From Acidobacteriota bacterium (GTDB lineage Bacteria; Acidobacteriota; Vicinamibacteria; Vicinamibacterales; CAVVIG01), in NCBI GenBank assembly GCA_046728115.1, contig JBKPDW010000049.1, positions 4,482 to 68,481 of the forward strand: a stretch of 64,000 bases of DNA, given 5' to 3'. The translations under genes were made by a program, and so were the position numbers. Shown here piece after piece: positions 52,868-61,915 of this stretch. The first letter of the stretch is position 1; the number at the start of each line of letters is the position of its first letter. The notes under the pieces are model-generated. The model worked only from the letters and a program-made list of their open reading frames with translations, made no database searches and was not told the DNA's origin.

Positions 52868-54124
52868 ATGAAAATGGATGAACGGCTGGAAGCGTACGCA
52901 GACCTCGCTGTCAGGGTCGCCCTGAACCTACAGCCGGGACAGCGATTGCTGATCGTCGGTCCGCTGATGCACGGCGGCGTCTCGCTCGAGGCGGCGCCGG
53001 TTGTGCGACACATCGCCGCGGCCGCGTATCGTGCGGGCGCAGAGTTGGTCGAGGCGATCTGGGGCGACGAGCCGCTGCAGCTGACGCGCTTCCGCTACGC
53101 GCGCGCCGACACGTTCGTTGCGTTCTCGGCGTGGCTTCCGGCGGCGCTGGCGCAGCACGCAGAGGCCGGGAACGCCGTGCTCTCGGTGTACGCGAACGAT
53201 CCGGATCTGCTGGAGCACGAATCCGCGGAGCTCGCGGGCATGCTGCAACAGACCACGTCGCGCAGCGTGATGGCCTTCCGCGAGTTGATTTCGCGCAATC
53301 ACACGAACTGGGCCGTGATTGCGGCCGCGGGCGAGGCGTGGGCGTCGAAAGTCTTTCCAGAGGCGCCGCCGCCGGAGCGGTTCGCTCGTTTGTGGGACGC
53401 CATTGCGCATTTGTGCCGGCTCGACCGTACCGATCCGATTGCGGCCTGGCAGGATCATCTGGCGGAGCTCTCGGCGCGAAGCGGCGCGCTCAATCGCAGC
53501 CGGTACTCCGCGCTGAGATTCGTCGGTCCGGGAACCGATCTCACCGTCGGACTGCCCGCCGGACACATCTGGGTCAGCGGCGCGTCGACGAGCCGCAACA
53601 ACATTCGCTTCGTGCCGAATCTTCCGACGGAAGAAGTGTTCACCATCGCCGATCGCTGCCGCGTCTCTGGAAACGTGCGTGCGACCAAACCGCTCAACTA
53701 CGCCGGGACGCTCATCGAAGATTTCAGTCTCCGCTTCGAAGATGGGCGCGTCGTCCATCTCTCGGCCCGACGCGGCGAATCGGTGCTGCGTCAGCTGGTC
53801 GATACCGACGCCGCCGCCGGACGGTTGGGAGAAGTCGCGCTCGTGCCACACTCGTCGCCGATCGCACAGTCCGGGCGGCTCTTCTACAACACGCTCTTCG
53901 ACGAAAACGCGGCCAGCCACGTCGCCCTGGGTACGGCCTACAAGTTCACGCTGAGCGGCGCGGACGCGATGAGCAACGAAGAGTTCGAACGGGCTGGCGG
54001 TAATCGGAGCGCCGTGCACGTAGATTTCATGATTGGCTCGGCGGATCTTGACGTCGACGGCGTGCGCGACGACGGCACAGCTGAACCGTTGATGCGCCGC
54101 GGAGGGTGGGTCGCGGCGGTCTGA
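52868..54124 (+). CDS. M29-family aminopeptidase (AmpS/PepS-like)
   Basis: MKMDERLEAYADLAVRVALNLQPGQRLLIVG... and the C-terminal ..NTLFDENAASHVALGTAY...VHVDFMIGS.. are typical of aminopeptidase T/S. Confidence 0.8.
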   Translation: MKMDERLEAYADLAVRVALNLQPGQRLLIVGPLMHGGVSLEAAPVVRHIAAAAYRAGAELVEAIWGDEPLQLTRFRYARADTFVAFSAWLPAALAQHAEAGNAVLSVYANDPDLLEHESAELAGMLQQTTSRSVMAFRELISRNHTNWAVIAAAGEAWASKVFPEAPPPERFARLWDAIAHLCRLDRTDPIAAWQDHLAELSARSGALNRSRYSALRFVGPGTDLTVGLPAGHIWVSGASTSRNNIRFVPNLPTEEVFTIADRCRVSGNVRATKPLNYAGTLIEDFSLRFEDGRVVHLSARRGESVLRQLVDTDAAAGRLGEVALVPHSSPIAQSGRLFYNTLFDENAASHVALGTAYKFTLSGADAMSNEEFERAGGNRSAVHVDFMIGSADLDVDGVRDDGTAEPLMRRGGWVAAV

Positions 54125-54166
54125 CTGGTACGGCTCATGAAATAGAAACCGCGCCGAGGAGGCACG

Positions 54167-54733
54167 GTGAACCTATTTCACTCCATCTCGACCGCGACAC
54201 AGCTCGCTGTCGTCCTCGCGACGTGTGGCAGCGGGCCCGCCGCAGCCCGGCAAGCGATCGACGCGCGTGCGCAGGCCCTTGCCGACTTCAAAACCCGCGT
54301 CGACAAGTACGTCGCGTTGCGCAGCAAGGCGGACGACACGGCGCCGCCGCTGAAGAAAACCGAAGACCCCCGAAAGATTCGCGAGGCCCAGCAGGCGCTC
54401 GTCGAGCGCATCGGCGCCGCACGCTCCGGCGCCAGACAAGGCGATATCTTCACGCCCGAGGTGACCGCCGAATTCAAGCGGCTGCTGCGCCCCGAGGTCA
54501 AGGAGCCAGGAACGAAGGCGGTGATGAAGGACGACAAGCCGCAGGTGGTCACCTTCAACATAAACGGGCCGTACCCCGACAAGCAGTCCCTGGCGACGGT
54601 GCCGCCCAACATTCTGGCAAGCCTGCCGCCGCTGCCCAAGGACATCGACTATCGCTTCGTTGACAAGCACCTCATCCTGCGCGACGCCCGCGCGAACACG
54701 ATCATCGACTACATCCCCAACGCCATTCCGTGA
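54167..54733 (+). CDS. hypothetical secreted protein
   Basis: 188 aa with a GTG start, a hydrophobic N-terminus and coding-like composition. Its stop overlaps the next gene region (GTGA at 54730-54733). No family recognised. Confidence 0.55.
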   Translation: MNLFHSISTATQLAVVLATCGSGPAAARQAIDARAQALADFKTRVDKYVALRSKADDTAPPLKKTEDPRKIREAQQALVERIGAARSGARQGDIFTPEVTAEFKRLLRPEVKEPGTKAVMKDDKPQVVTFNINGPYPDKQSLATVPPNILASLPPLPKDIDYRFVDKHLILRDARANTIIDYIPNAIP

Positions 54734-54744
54734 CGGAGCACGCC

Positions 54745-55638
54745 ATGTCTTCACGCCGCCTTCCGAGATGCATCGTTCCCTTCGCGCTCGTCCTTTGCGC
54801 CGTGGTGACAGCGCAGGAGATCACGCTGCCGAACGCGGCAGACTCGCTCAAGTTCGCCGTCATCGGAGACAGCGGCACGGGCTCGCGTTCGCAATTCGCG
54901 GTCGCCGAGAAACTGATCGGGTCGCGGTCGAAATTCCCCTACGAAATCGTGCTGATGATGGGGGACAACCTCTATAGCGGAAGCGGGCCGAAGGACTTCG
55001 ATAAGAAGTTCGAGAAGCCGTACCGCCCTCTGCTCGACGCCGGCGTCAAGTTCTACGCAGCGCTGGGTAATCACGACAATCCGAACGAGCGCTTCTACAA
55101 GGGCTTCAACATGAACGGTGAGCGGTACTACACGTTCAAGCCGAAGGCCGGGGTACGCATCTTCGCGCTCGACAGCAACTACATGGACAAGCCTCAGCTC
55201 GACTGGCTCGAGAAAGAGCTGACCGCCAGCGGCTCGGACTGGAAGATTGCGTTCTTCCATCATCCTCTCTATTCGTCCGGTGGCGCGCATGGGTCCGACA
55301 TTCCGTTGCGGACCCGGCTCGAGCCGATCTTCCTCAGGCACGGCGTGGACGTCGTGTTCTCCGGTCACGAGCATTTCTACGAGCGCATCAAGCCTCAGAA
55401 GGGCATCTACTACTTCACGTCGGGGGGCGCCGCAAAACTGCGCGAGGGCGACGTCAGCAGGAGCGAGCTGACCGCGAAGAGCTTCGACACCGGCTTTCAC
55501 TTCATGATCGTCGAGCTCGCGAAGGACGCGGTGTACTTCCAGGTGATCTCGGACCAGGGCAAAACCGTCGATTCGGGGATGCTTCCGCGGATCAGCGATC
55601 AGGACAAGAAGAAGTTCGCAGCAGCGACGTCGCGCTGA
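54745..55638 (+). CDS. calcineurin-like metallophosphoesterase (purple-acid-phosphatase-like), secreted
   Basis: Motifs GDSGTG, MMGDNLY, ALGNHD, FFHHPLYSSGGAHGS and SGHEHFYER. The signal-like N-terminus is MSSRRLPRCIVPFALVLCAVVTA. Confidence 0.85.
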   Translation: MSSRRLPRCIVPFALVLCAVVTAQEITLPNAADSLKFAVIGDSGTGSRSQFAVAEKLIGSRSKFPYEIVLMMGDNLYSGSGPKDFDKKFEKPYRPLLDAGVKFYAALGNHDNPNERFYKGFNMNGERYYTFKPKAGVRIFALDSNYMDKPQLDWLEKELTASGSDWKIAFFHHPLYSSGGAHGSDIPLRTRLEPIFLRHGVDVVFSGHEHFYERIKPQKGIYYFTSGGAAKLREGDVSRSELTAKSFDTGFHFMIVELAKDAVYFQVISDQGKTVDSGMLPRISDQDKKKFAAATSR

Positions 55639-55673
55639 GGGCCGCTCTCTGTGCCCTGTATAATCCGGCCATC

Positions 55674-56666
55674 ATGCGATCCACATCGGCCATTGGCGCC
55701 GCCCTCGCTGCCACGCTGGTTTTGAGCGGCGTCCCGATCGGCCGCGCGCAGACGAAACAGCGCCTCAATCCCGTGATCGATCTTCTCGAACACAACCGGC
55801 CGGTATTCGGCGTCTACTGGCCGTCGAATGGCGGTGGCCGTCGCGGCGCGGACGTGCCCGCGCGACCCGCCGGCGATCTCGCCAGAGACGCCCTCGGCTA
55901 CACGGCGACCGATTTCCTCTTCAGTGGAAGCATGGAGGGTGGCGTCGATCGAGGATATGCGGCGTATGCCGAATTCGCCAGGGCGCTGGTCGAGGCCGGC
56001 GACGCCGGCAAATCTCCGTTCTTCGGACTTCGCCATCCGCTCGTCGTCAAAACGCCGAAGATCGCCACGGATTCGGTCAAGGCGGTGGACAACATCAGCC
56101 GTGAATTGAACGTTGGAGCGTCCGGGATCATGTTCGTCGAGGTAGAGAGCGCCGACGAAGTTCGACAGGGCCTGGCCGCGATGCGCTTCAAGTCCAGGAG
56201 CGGCACACGGCCTGACGAGGTCGGCGGAGCGCCCGCGTTCTGGGGTATGAGCGAACAGCAGTACAGGCAGAAAGCCGATCTCTGGCCGCTCAATCCCGAT
56301 GGCGAATTGATCAACTGGACCATCGTCGAGAGCAGGGAGGGCCTCGCGCACGTGCGCGAAATTGCCGCCGTCAAAGGCATCGGTGTGCTGTGGCCCGGCG
56401 CCGGCACGCTGCGTGGCGTGTTCTCGACGACAAATGCGGCCGGCGAACGTGTCGTCGATACGGTGGCGCACGAGAACGCGATTCAGCAGGTGCTGGCCGC
56501 GTGCAAGGAATTCAAGGTTCCGTGCGGCTACCCGGCCAATGCGAACGACATTGAGACGCGCATGAAACAGGGATTCAGCGTGTTCGTCATGAATTGGGGC
56601 GACGCCGGTTTCAGCACCGTCGATATCGGCAGGAAAGCTGCGGGTCGGGTGTCGACCCAGCGGTGA
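55674..56666 (+). CDS. secreted HpcH/HpaI aldolase / citrate-lyase-beta-like TIM-barrel family protein (divergent)
   Basis: A signal peptide is present. GASGIMFVEVESADEVRQGLAAMRF and NWTIVESREGLAHVREIAAVKGIGVLWPGAGTLRGVF resemble the conserved strands of the HpcH/HpaI family. The usual D-x-EH metal motif is not obvious. Confidence 0.45.
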   Translation: MRSTSAIGAALAATLVLSGVPIGRAQTKQRLNPVIDLLEHNRPVFGVYWPSNGGGRRGADVPARPAGDLARDALGYTATDFLFSGSMEGGVDRGYAAYAEFARALVEAGDAGKSPFFGLRHPLVVKTPKIATDSVKAVDNISRELNVGASGIMFVEVESADEVRQGLAAMRFKSRSGTRPDEVGGAPAFWGMSEQQYRQKADLWPLNPDGELINWTIVESREGLAHVREIAAVKGIGVLWPGAGTLRGVFSTTNAAGERVVDTVAHENAIQQVLAACKEFKVPCGYPANANDIETRMKQGFSVFVMNWGDAGFSTVDIGRKAAGRVSTQR

Positions 56667-58040
56667 CAAAAACACGCCAGCTTCCGCATCCGATCATCGT
56701 GCTGCTCGCCGCAGTGTCTGTCGCCGCGGCACTCACCTGGATCCTTCCCGCGGGCGCGTTCGATCGAAAGGACGATCCATCAACCGGCAGATGCGTAGTG
56801 GTTGCCGGCACATACCATCGGGTGGAGAAGGCGCCAGTCGGCCTCTTTGGCGCAGCGGTATCCGTGCCGCGCGGGTTCGTGGCCGGCGCAGACGTGCTTG
56901 GCGTCGTGCTGTTCGTCGGCGGCGCATGGGTGGTCGTCGATCGGCTGGGGGACATTGCCGGCATTGGTCGCGTTCCTGGTTTCGCGCTTCCGACGCCGTG
57001 GGTTGTGGGCGATTCCCGTCGTCTGCATGTTCTTTGCGACGATGGGCGCACTGGAGAACATGCAGGAAGAGATCATCCCGCTCGTGCCGGTGCTGCTGGT
57101 CCTCGGCCGGGGGCTGGGCGTGGATGCCGTGGTTGTCGTGGCAACGAGCGCCGGCGCGGCAATGATCGGGAGCGCGTTTGGTCCTACCAATCCCTTTCAA
57201 GCCGGCATCGCGATGAAACTCGCACAATTGCCGCCATTTGCGGCAGTCGGGCTCCGAGCTGGCATGTTCATCGTCGGACTCACGTTGTGGGTGGCCTGGA
57301 CAATTCAATACGCCATGCGGCATCGCGATGCGGATCCGATCCCGGCCCAAGGGGAGTCGACGACTGGCCCAACGCCCGTCCGGGCTGACCCGCTGCTGTC
57401 CCCTCCGAAGCATGCGCTGATCCTGACGCTGGTACTGACGCCGATGGCGGTGTACGTCTACGGCGCGGTGAGACTGGACTGGGGGTTGAACGATCTGGCA
57501 GGCGCCTTTCTCATCGGCGGCATTCTCGCTGGACTGGTTGGTGGTCTCGGGCCTGCTGGAACGCTGGCGGCCTATCTCGAGGGCATGCAGAGTCTGCTGC
57601 CGGCCGCGCTGATCATCGGCGTTGCGCGGAGCATCTCGCTGGTGCTCGAAGACGGCCACACCGTCGACACGATCCTGAATGCGGTCGCCACATCCCTCGA
57701 ACACGCTCCCGCGTCGCTGAGCGCATTCCTGCAGATTCCGGTGCACGGGCTGATTCATGTCGCCGTGCCGAGCGTCAGCGGACAGGCGGTGTTGACGATG
57801 CCGTTGCTGGTGCCGCTGGCGGATCTCCTCGGGTTTTCGCGACAAGTGCCGGTGATCGCGTATCAGACCGGCGCCGGCCTGACCGAACTCCTGACGCCGA
57901 CCAACGGCGCGTTGATGGCTGTACTTCTTGCGGCGAACGTTCCGTATCAGCGCTGGGTCCGGTTCGTGCTCGGCGGTCTGGCCATCCAGGTGCTCGTTGG
58001 TGTCGCCGCCATCATCGCGGTCATGTGGTTGCAGATCTGA
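56663..58040 (+). pseudogene. yfcC: YfcC-family (DcuC-like) membrane transporter interrupted by a +1 frameshift in a G5 run
   Basis: The first frame starts at GTG 56663 (GTGA overlap with the upstream stop): VTKTRQLPHPIIVLLAAVSVAAALTWILPAGAFDR...GGAWVVVDRLG. The second frame continues TLPALVAFLVSRFRRRGLWAIPVVCMFFATMGALENMQEEIIPLVPV...GPTNPFQAGIA.... The junction is at GGGGG 56947-56951, and removing one G restores one continuous ORF. Confidence 0.75.
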
Positions 58041-58056
58041 ACTGCCTATGGTTTTT

Positions 58057-58110
58057 CTGAAAACATCGGGCCTGAAAACTTCTGACTTCTGACTTCTGAC
58101 TTCTGACTTC
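58057..58110. repeat. CTGAAAAC x2 followed by TTCTGAC heptamer x4 between convergent genes
   Basis: CTGAAAAC occurs at 58057-58064 and 58072-58079. TTCTGAC x4 spans 58080-58107, followed by TTC. Confidence 0.8.
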
Positions 58111-58126
58111 AATGTTCAGACCTGGC

Positions 58127-60538
58127 CTATTCCTGTCTCAACACTTCCATCGGATCGACGCGCGATGCTCGAGCTGCGGGCACGATGCAGGCCACCGCAG
58201 AAATGAAACCGAGGACCAGCACGACCACGAGATACGTGGGCGCGTCGTCGGGCCGCACGCCGTAGAGCACCGCGCTCATCGCGCGCGTCGCAGCCCAGCC
58301 GCCAGCGACGCCGATGACCAAGCCAATCCCGCTGAGTGCCAGGCCCCGCGCCGCCATCATCGTGACGACGGCGCGAGATGTCGCCCCGAGCGCGATCCGC
58401 AAGCCGATCTCACGACTCCGCTGCGCGACACCGAACGCGAGCAGACCGTACAGGCCGATGGATGCCACCACAATCGCAAGCGCGGCAAAGGCGCCGAGCA
58501 GCACCATCTGCTGATGACGATCGGCGACCTCGAGATCCATGATGTCGTCCATCGTTCGGACCGCGCTGATTGGCTGCGCCGGATCGACGCCCGCGATGAC
58601 ATGCCGAATCGATTCGGCCAGGGTTTCAGGCCGCCCACTCACGCGTACCACGAGAAACTCAGGAACCGCCCAGATTTCGGGAGCCTGCGCGATCGACAGG
58701 TATACCCCCGGCTTCAGTGCCAGCTCGTATCCGCGTTCACGCACGTCGCGAACCACGCCGACGACGGTGTGGAACGGATTGGACGACTGGCTGAACTGCA
58801 CCCGGCGCCCGAGTGATGATTCGCCGGGAAAGTACTGCCTGGCCATCGTCTCGTTGATGACGACGACGCGATTGGTACCGGCGCCGTCGCGATCGTCGAT
58901 CAGCCGACCGGCGATCAGATTGACGCCGAGCGTCGACAGGTAGTCGGTCGTGCCGGCCCGAAACATCGCATCGAACGGCAGATCCGCCGTCATCGGGACC
59001 CCGTCGATCTTGAACCACGTCGTGTTGCCCTGTGCCGTGAAAGGCGGGTTGGAAGCAAATGCGGCGTGCTGGACGCCGGGCAACGCTTTCACGCCTGCAA
59101 TGACGCGCTCGTAGAATACGAGACGCTTCAGCGGATCCGCGTACTTGGGGCGCGGCAGCGTTGTCCTCATTGTCAAAAGCCGCTCGGTTCGGAATCCGAC
59201 GTCGATCGCTCGCAAATTCACGAGCGTCCGAATCATCAATCCTGTCGCGGCCAGCAGCACGACGGCCGCAGCGATCTGCAGGATGACGAGCGCATCCCGC
59301 GTGAACTGGCTGCCGGCGCCGACCGAGGATCGCGCCTGCTCGTGCAGCGCGGCGTGCAGCGACCGTGCGCCGACGTGCAGTGCCGGAGCCGCACTGAAGA
59401 TCACGCCCGTCGCGATCGCCAGCGTGAACGTGAACGAGAGCAGCCGGAAGTCCACGACCGAAGTGTTCAGCGACGAAACACCCATCGGAGTCAGACTGAC
59501 GAGGAGTTGCCTGGCGGCCGGCACGAGACCCAGGCCGGCGATGCCGCCCGTCATCGAGAGCAGCACGCCTTCCAGCAGCAACTGACGGATCAGGCGGCCG
59601 CGCGTCGCGCCGAGCGCCGCGCGCACCGCGAGTTCGCCGCGCCGCCCCGCGGCGCGCGACATCAGGAGGCTCGCGAGGTTCGCGCACGCAATCAGCAGGA
59701 CCGCGAGAGCCGCGCCCATCAGCACGAGCAGCTCGAGTCCGGTATTGCCGAGCATCTCTTCTTTCATGGGCACGAGCGTCACGCCAAGGTTGCGATTGGT
59801 ACCTGGATACTGCTCCGTGAGTCGGCGCGCGATGGCGCGCATGTCGTCTCGTGCAGATTCCAGGGTCACGCCCGCGTTCAGGCGGCTGACCACGTTCAGG
59901 AAATGGGAGCCGCGATCAGCCGCCTGCGCCGGCGACAGACGAATCGGGACCCAGTAATCCACGTCGCGGTTGCGGAATACGAACGATCGCGGCATCACGC
60001 CGATCACTTCGTACCGGGTGTCGTTCATCAGTACCGTGCGGCCGACCACCGACGGATCGCCGCCGTACCGCCGCTGCCAGAGTCCGTAGCTGATCACCAC
60101 GACGTGTGCGCCGGTGCGGTTCTCGTCCTCCGTGAAGGTTCGCCCGCGTTGGGGTCCGACTCCGAGCACCCTGAAGAAGTTTGGCGTCACCGCGCGGCCG
60201 AGCACCTGCTCGGGCTGACCGTCGCCCGTCAGGCTTGCGGACGCGCCGCGCGTGGCGGCGATGTCGTCGAAAGAGCGGTTCATGCGTTGCCAGTCGGCAA
60301 AATTGGCGGGCGCGGGCGTGTTCTTGGGAAAGCCGATGCGGCTGGCGTCCTCCCAGATCATCACCACGCGATCCGGATCCGCGTACGGCAGAGGGCGGAT
60401 GACAACGGCGTCGACGACCGAGAAGATGACCGAGTTCGCCCCGATGCCGAGCGCCAGCGTGCCGACAGCAGTCAGCGTGAAGAGTGGGGTCTTTCGGAAG
60501 AGACGAAGGGCGTAGCGGAGGTCGGACAGCCACTCCAT
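58127..60538 (-). CDS. ADOP-family duplicated FtsX/MacB-like permease (no prefix, no PadR)
   Basis: MEWLSDLRYALRLFRKTPLFTLTAVGTLALGIGANSVIFSVVDAVVIRPL..., two FtsX blocks, and the ending ..VDPMEVLRQE. Confidence 0.9.
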   Translation of the reverse strand: MEWLSDLRYALRLFRKTPLFTLTAVGTLALGIGANSVIFSVVDAVVIRPLPYADPDRVVMIWEDASRIGFPKNTPAPANFADWQRMNRSFDDIAATRGASASLTGDGQPEQVLGRAVTPNFFRVLGVGPQRGRTFTEDENRTGAHVVVISYGLWQRRYGGDPSVVGRTVLMNDTRYEVIGVMPRSFVFRNRDVDYWVPIRLSPAQAADRGSHFLNVVSRLNAGVTLESARDDMRAIARRLTEQYPGTNRNLGVTLVPMKEEMLGNTGLELLVLMGAALAVLLIACANLASLLMSRAAGRRGELAVRAALGATRGRLIRQLLLEGVLLSMTGGIAGLGLVPAARQLLVSLTPMGVSSLNTSVVDFRLLSFTFTLAIATGVIFSAAPALHVGARSLHAALHEQARSSVGAGSQFTRDALVILQIAAAVVLLAATGLMIRTLVNLRAIDVGFRTERLLTMRTTLPRPKYADPLKRLVFYERVIAGVKALPGVQHAAFASNPPFTAQGNTTWFKIDGVPMTADLPFDAMFRAGTTDYLSTLGVNLIAGRLIDDRDGAGTNRVVVINETMARQYFPGESSLGRRVQFSQSSNPFHTVVGVVRDVRERGYELALKPGVYLSIAQAPEIWAVPEFLVVRVSGRPETLAESIRHVIAGVDPAQPISAVRTMDDIMDLEVADRHQQMVLLGAFAALAIVVASIGLYGLLAFGVAQRSREIGLRIALGATSRAVVTMMAARGLALSGIGLVIGVAGGWAATRAMSAVLYGVRPDDAPTYLVVVLVLGFISAVACIVPAARASRVDPMEVLRQE

Positions 60539-60555
60539 AGGTGCTTAGACGGTGA

Positions 60556-60781
60556 TGGCGAAAGAACCGTTGGTCTGCCGTGTTCCGCGGCAAATATCTC
60601 GCCGCACCACGCGTTCGACGGGGGCTACCTGACCTTCGCGGAGGGCACCGCCGATCTCGCCGATCGCCGCGCCTTTCTCCAGCGATTGCGGCGGTCGACT
60701 GGAACGTGTATACGAAGCGGCCTTTCGCTGGTCCCGAGCAGGGACGAGGCCTATCAGGACGCGCATCGCTCGACGACGTAA
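60556..60781 (+). pseudogene. IS91-family (Y2/HUH-type) transposase remnant, internal fragment with at least 2-3 frameshifts
   Basis: Pieces in alternating frames: ..RWSAVFRGKYLAA (frame of 60580), HHAFDGGYLTFAEGTADLADRRAFLQRLRRS (frame +1), DWNVYTKRPFAGPEQ (frame of 60580), and possibly EAYQDAHRSTT*. Compare the conserved IS91-type stretch ..LSR.FR..FL..L.....G.L.FFG....LADP.AF..WL.PLRR.EWVVYAKRPFGGPE.VL.YL.RYTHRVAIS. Confidence 0.7.
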
Positions 60782-60972
60782 AGGATCACATGGCGGATTT
60801 CAAATCGTACTGGAAGGTAAACGTCACACCGGCGGGCTGGTATTCCAAGAAACCAAACGCTGGCTGACATCCAAATGGAGCCGACGCGTCCAACGTTCTG
60901 TGCGATTATGTCGCCGTAGCGCGCGGTTCGTTTGGCGCCGTTAGACGGCCGAAAGTCAGGAGGACGCCGCCG

Positions 60973-61827
60973 ATGGATCCGACCAGACGCAAAATACTGA
61001 AAACGGGTGCCACGGCGACGGCGATTGCGGCAGCGCGGCGCGTGCTTGCGCAGCAGACCGGGCAAGGAGGAGCCGCCATGTCCTTCTACGAAAAAGGCCC
61101 CGTTCGCATCCACTATGAGGAGGCCGGCTCCGGCTTCCCGCTGTTGCTCATCGCTGGCGGGGGACTGAACTCGACGATCTCCGGCCTGACAAGTCCCTTT
61201 AACCCAATCGAGGAGTTCAAGGGCGAGTACCGCTGCATTGCGTCGGACCTGCGCAACGCCAACGGCGGCCAGTCCTCCGGTCCGCTCGAGATCGACCGGC
61301 CGTGGGATGCCTATACCGATGACCATCTCGGTCTGATGGATTACCTGGGCATCGAGACGTTCATGGTGCTGGGCTTCTGCATCGGCGGCCCCTTCATCTG
61401 GAACCTCCTGCGGCGGGCGCCTAATCGCATCGTCGCCGCCGTGCTGGCCCAGCCCAGCGGGTCGCGTCCGGAGATGCGCGATCTTTTCTACGAGACGAAC
61501 ATGAAGGGTTGGGGTCCGGAGCTGGTCAAGCGCCGACCCGAGATCACGATGGAAATGGTCGACAAGTTTCTGACCAAGATGTACCGGACAAACGCCGACT
61601 TCGTCTTCACCGTGACACGCGACTTCGTGCGCAAGTGTCAGACGCCGGTACTGATCCTGCCGGACGATATCCCGGCGCATCCGTACGCGGTCGCCATGGA
61701 GGCCGCGATGCTCGCGCCGAACGCCGAAGTGAGCATGTTCCCGTGGAAGGAGCCCAAGGAACGCATTCCCCTGGCGGTGCGCCAGATACGTTCCTTCCTC
61801 CGGGCGCATCGGCCCGCGGCTGCGTAG
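60973..61827 (+). CDS. alpha/beta-fold hydrolase with Tat-like signal and a Cys in the nucleophile elbow
   Basis: MDPTRRKILKTGATATAIAAARRVLAQ fits the Tat consensus T-R-R-x-I-L-K. ..VRIHYEEAGSGFPLLLIAGGG.. is followed by the elbow VLGFCIGGPF (G-x-C-x-G-G). An alternative cytoplasmic start is MSFYEKG (61078). Confidence 0.7.
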   Translation: MDPTRRKILKTGATATAIAAARRVLAQQTGQGGAAMSFYEKGPVRIHYEEAGSGFPLLLIAGGGLNSTISGLTSPFNPIEEFKGEYRCIASDLRNANGGQSSGPLEIDRPWDAYTDDHLGLMDYLGIETFMVLGFCIGGPFIWNLLRRAPNRIVAAVLAQPSGSRPEMRDLFYETNMKGWGPELVKRRPEITMEMVDKFLTKMYRTNADFVFTVTRDFVRKCQTPVLILPDDIPAHPYAVAMEAAMLAPNAEVSMFPWKEPKERIPLAVRQIRSFLRAHRPAAA

Positions 61828-61915
61828 GACGGTGGTGTCTACACGACAAGGCAAGTGACGCCCGGTGACCGCATGAGACCGTGTTCACGTCATCTGACTG
61901 TCGTGAGGGGGGAGG

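Noticed and set aside
59066-60781. 571-aa plus-strand ORF overlapping the fourth ADOP gene
   Set aside because: It is antisense to the permease for most of its length. Only its last ~60 codons are meaningful, as one frame of the IS91 transposase remnant (reported separately).
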